From contig NC_058368.1 in assembly GCF_018350175.1 (NCBI RefSeq), positions 166,348,001 through 166,412,000 on the forward strand: a DNA stretch of 64,000 nt, in the 5' to 3' direction. Position numbers and translations under genes: made by a program. The notes below the pieces were generated by a model. That model saw only the letters and a list, made by a program, of their open reading frames with translations. It had not been told where the DNA came from and searched no databases. The DNA is from Felis catus (lineage: Eukaryota). This document shows, piece after piece, positions 61,947 through 64,000 of this stretch. Within the stretch, counting starts at the first letter, position 1. The number at the start of each line of letters is the position of its first letter.

Positions 61947-62597
61947 ATTTTTAGTTGAAAAAAATATTCACAAAACACATACATAAAAGTAACACTCTAC
62001 AAGTATACAGCTTAACGACTTTTCACAAATTGAACAGAGTTGGGTAGCCAGCATGGGGATCAAGAAGCAAGTACCCCAGAGTCTGTGTATAAGTGGTTTC
62101 ATCACTGTTTCCACTCACAGAATAACTATCCTAACATCTAACACTATAGATTATTTTTTACTTTATTTGAGATGCATGTAAATGGAATCATGTAGTGTAA
62201 TTTTTTTCTCACTTCTTTCATTCAACATGATATTTGTGAGACTCTTGTAGTTGTATGTTGTTCACTTTCACTTTTGTATAAAATTTCATTGTATGATTAT
62301 ACCACTTCACCTATTCACCCCAGTGAAGAGGATTGTTGGGTTATTTCCAGTTTGAGCTATGAAAAGAGTTTCACTATCTTTATAAGTGTCTTTTTCGTGA
62401 AACACACGCACATGCACAAAGCAATTGTTGGACATGTATCCAGAAGTATTAATTGCATTTCCTTGTGACTACTGAAGTTGAATAGATCTTAATGTCTTTA
62501 TTGGCCATTTGATATTCTGTTTGAGTTACTATGTAAATATTTTGTAATTTTTACATTATTATTTTAATGGATTCTCAGGAGATCATTGCATAGATAA
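61947..62597 (-). mobile_element. Old L1M (L1MB8/L1ME-like) 3' end
   Basis: gtatacagcttaacgacttttcacaaattgaac...gtaaatggaatcatgtagtg...ttgggttatttccagttt. Confidence 0.8.
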
Positions 62598-63012
62598 TGT
62601 AACCATGGCCCAGGGATACAGTAGCATCTGGCTTCAGGGATCCCAATGAGACCAGGTTCCACCACTTGCTGCTGACAAAATCCAAAGGCAGAGAGACTAG
62701 TGGTGGTGAAACAAGAAAAGAATTTATTTCAGTGAGGCTAACCCTGGAAGACAGAAGACTAACATCACAGGACTGTTTCCAAAGTGCTGAAAATATTTCT
62801 AGGTTTAAAAAAGAAAAATGTGGGTCAAAGGTCTGGTGGGTATGTGCAGGTAGGCAGTAAAGGTCAAGTTGATCATTGTCTTGGGGTCAATCACAGAGGA
62901 TGGTGTCAGGGCAGTTCCTACTGCAAAAGGAGGTAGTTTTGGTTCCCATTACAGGGTGATTTGCCTACTGAGATTTTGCCTGAGTTAAAAGATAAGTTAG
63001 AAAGAAGAATTT
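62598..63012 (-). mobile_element. Carnivore ERV LTR (ERV1-like), interrupted by L1
   Basis: Abrupt TGTAAC terminus; minus-strand AATAAA (tttatt ~62723); LTR-like composition; cut by L1 at 63013. Confidence 0.6.
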
Positions 63013-64000
63013 ATGTCGCTGTCCAGTTTTCCCAGCACCATTTGCTGAAGAGACTGTCTTTTTTCCATTGGATATTCTTTCATGCTTTGTCAAAGATTAG
63101 TTGGCCATACATTTGTGGATTGATTTCTGAGTTCTCTATTCTGTTCCCTTAATCTATGTGTCTGTTTTTATGCCAAAGCATACTGTGTTGATGATTACAC
63201 CTTTGTAATACAGCTTAAGGTCCAGAATTATGATGACTCCTGCTTTGGTTTTCTTTTTTTTTTTTAATTTTTTAAATGTTTATTTATTTTTGAGATAGAG
63301 AACGACACAGCATGAATGGGGGAGGGTCAGAGAGAGAGGGAGACACAGAATCTGAAGCAGGATCCAGGCTCTGAGCTGTTGGCACAGAGTCCAACGCGGG
63401 GCTCGAACTCACAGACCGCGAAATCATGACCTGATCTGAAATCGGGCGCTTAACCAACTGAGCCACCCAGGCACCCCTGGTTTTCTTTTTTTAACATTAT
63501 TTTGGCTCTTTAGGGTCTTTTCTAAAATTTGCATAAAAATTTTAGAATTGTTTGTCCTAGCTCTGTGAATAATGCTGGTGTTATATTGGTAAGGATTGCA
63601 TTGAATATGTAGACTGCTTTGAGTAGTATTGATATTTTAACAATATTTGTTCTACCAATCCGTGAGCATGAAAAGTTTTTCCATTTCTTTGTGTCTTATT
63701 CAATCTCTTTCGTAAGCTTTCATTAGTTTTCAGCATATATATATCTTTTAACTCTTTGGTTAAGTTTATTCCTAGGTAGTGTATGGTTTTGGTGCAATTG
63801 TAAATGGGATCAATTCCTTGATTTCTCTTTCTACTGCTTCATTATTGGTGTATAGAAAAGTCACAGATTTCTGTATATTGATTTTATATCCTGCAACTTT
63901 GTTGAATTCATGTATCAGTTCTAGCAGTTTTTTGGAGTACTTGGGTTTTCCATGTAGGGTATCATGTAGTCTATGAAGAGTAAATGCTTGACTTCTTTGT
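63013..64000 (-). mobile_element. L1 ORF2 segment, antisense, running off the window
   Basis: Reverse complement is colinear with ORF2 at ~43950-44698 of the full-length L1; no 3'UTR or poly(A) at its left end. Confidence 0.95.
63261..63477 (-). mobile_element. Felid SINEC inserted in L1
   Basis: ...ctgagccacccaggcacccc; TSD tggttttcttttttt at 63246-63260 and 63478-63492. Confidence 0.96.

Overview
AT-rich mammalian DNA, almost certainly from a felid, judged by near-consensus cat-type SINEC and L1 elements recognised from memory. I found no host protein-coding exon; the window looks intergenic or deep-intronic and is largely layered transposable elements. Main content: (1) a degenerate class III (ERVL/ERV-S-like) provirus remnant at ~5.05-7.87 kb, with two related LTRs, a tRNA-Ser-like PBS and readable RT/RNase H motifs; (2) three 5'-intact L1s on the + strand: one with a ~3.3 kb internal deletion (11.4-14.8 kb), one 3'-truncated at a SINE lacking a TSD (24.7-28.65 kb), and a full-length young one with intact ORF1 and disrupted ORF2 (40.0-45.9 kb); (3) an RPL29 processed pseudogene (31.1-31.7 kb, - strand); (4) 14 carnivore SINEs of different ages; (5) old L2, L3/CR1, MIR, Tigger, hAT and MaLR fragments; (6) a probable 5'-inverted L1 inside an LTR at the right edge. 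I see no convincing novel biological system. The interesting items are TE structural variants. Subfamily names are recalled, not searched, and boundaries of old elements are approximate.
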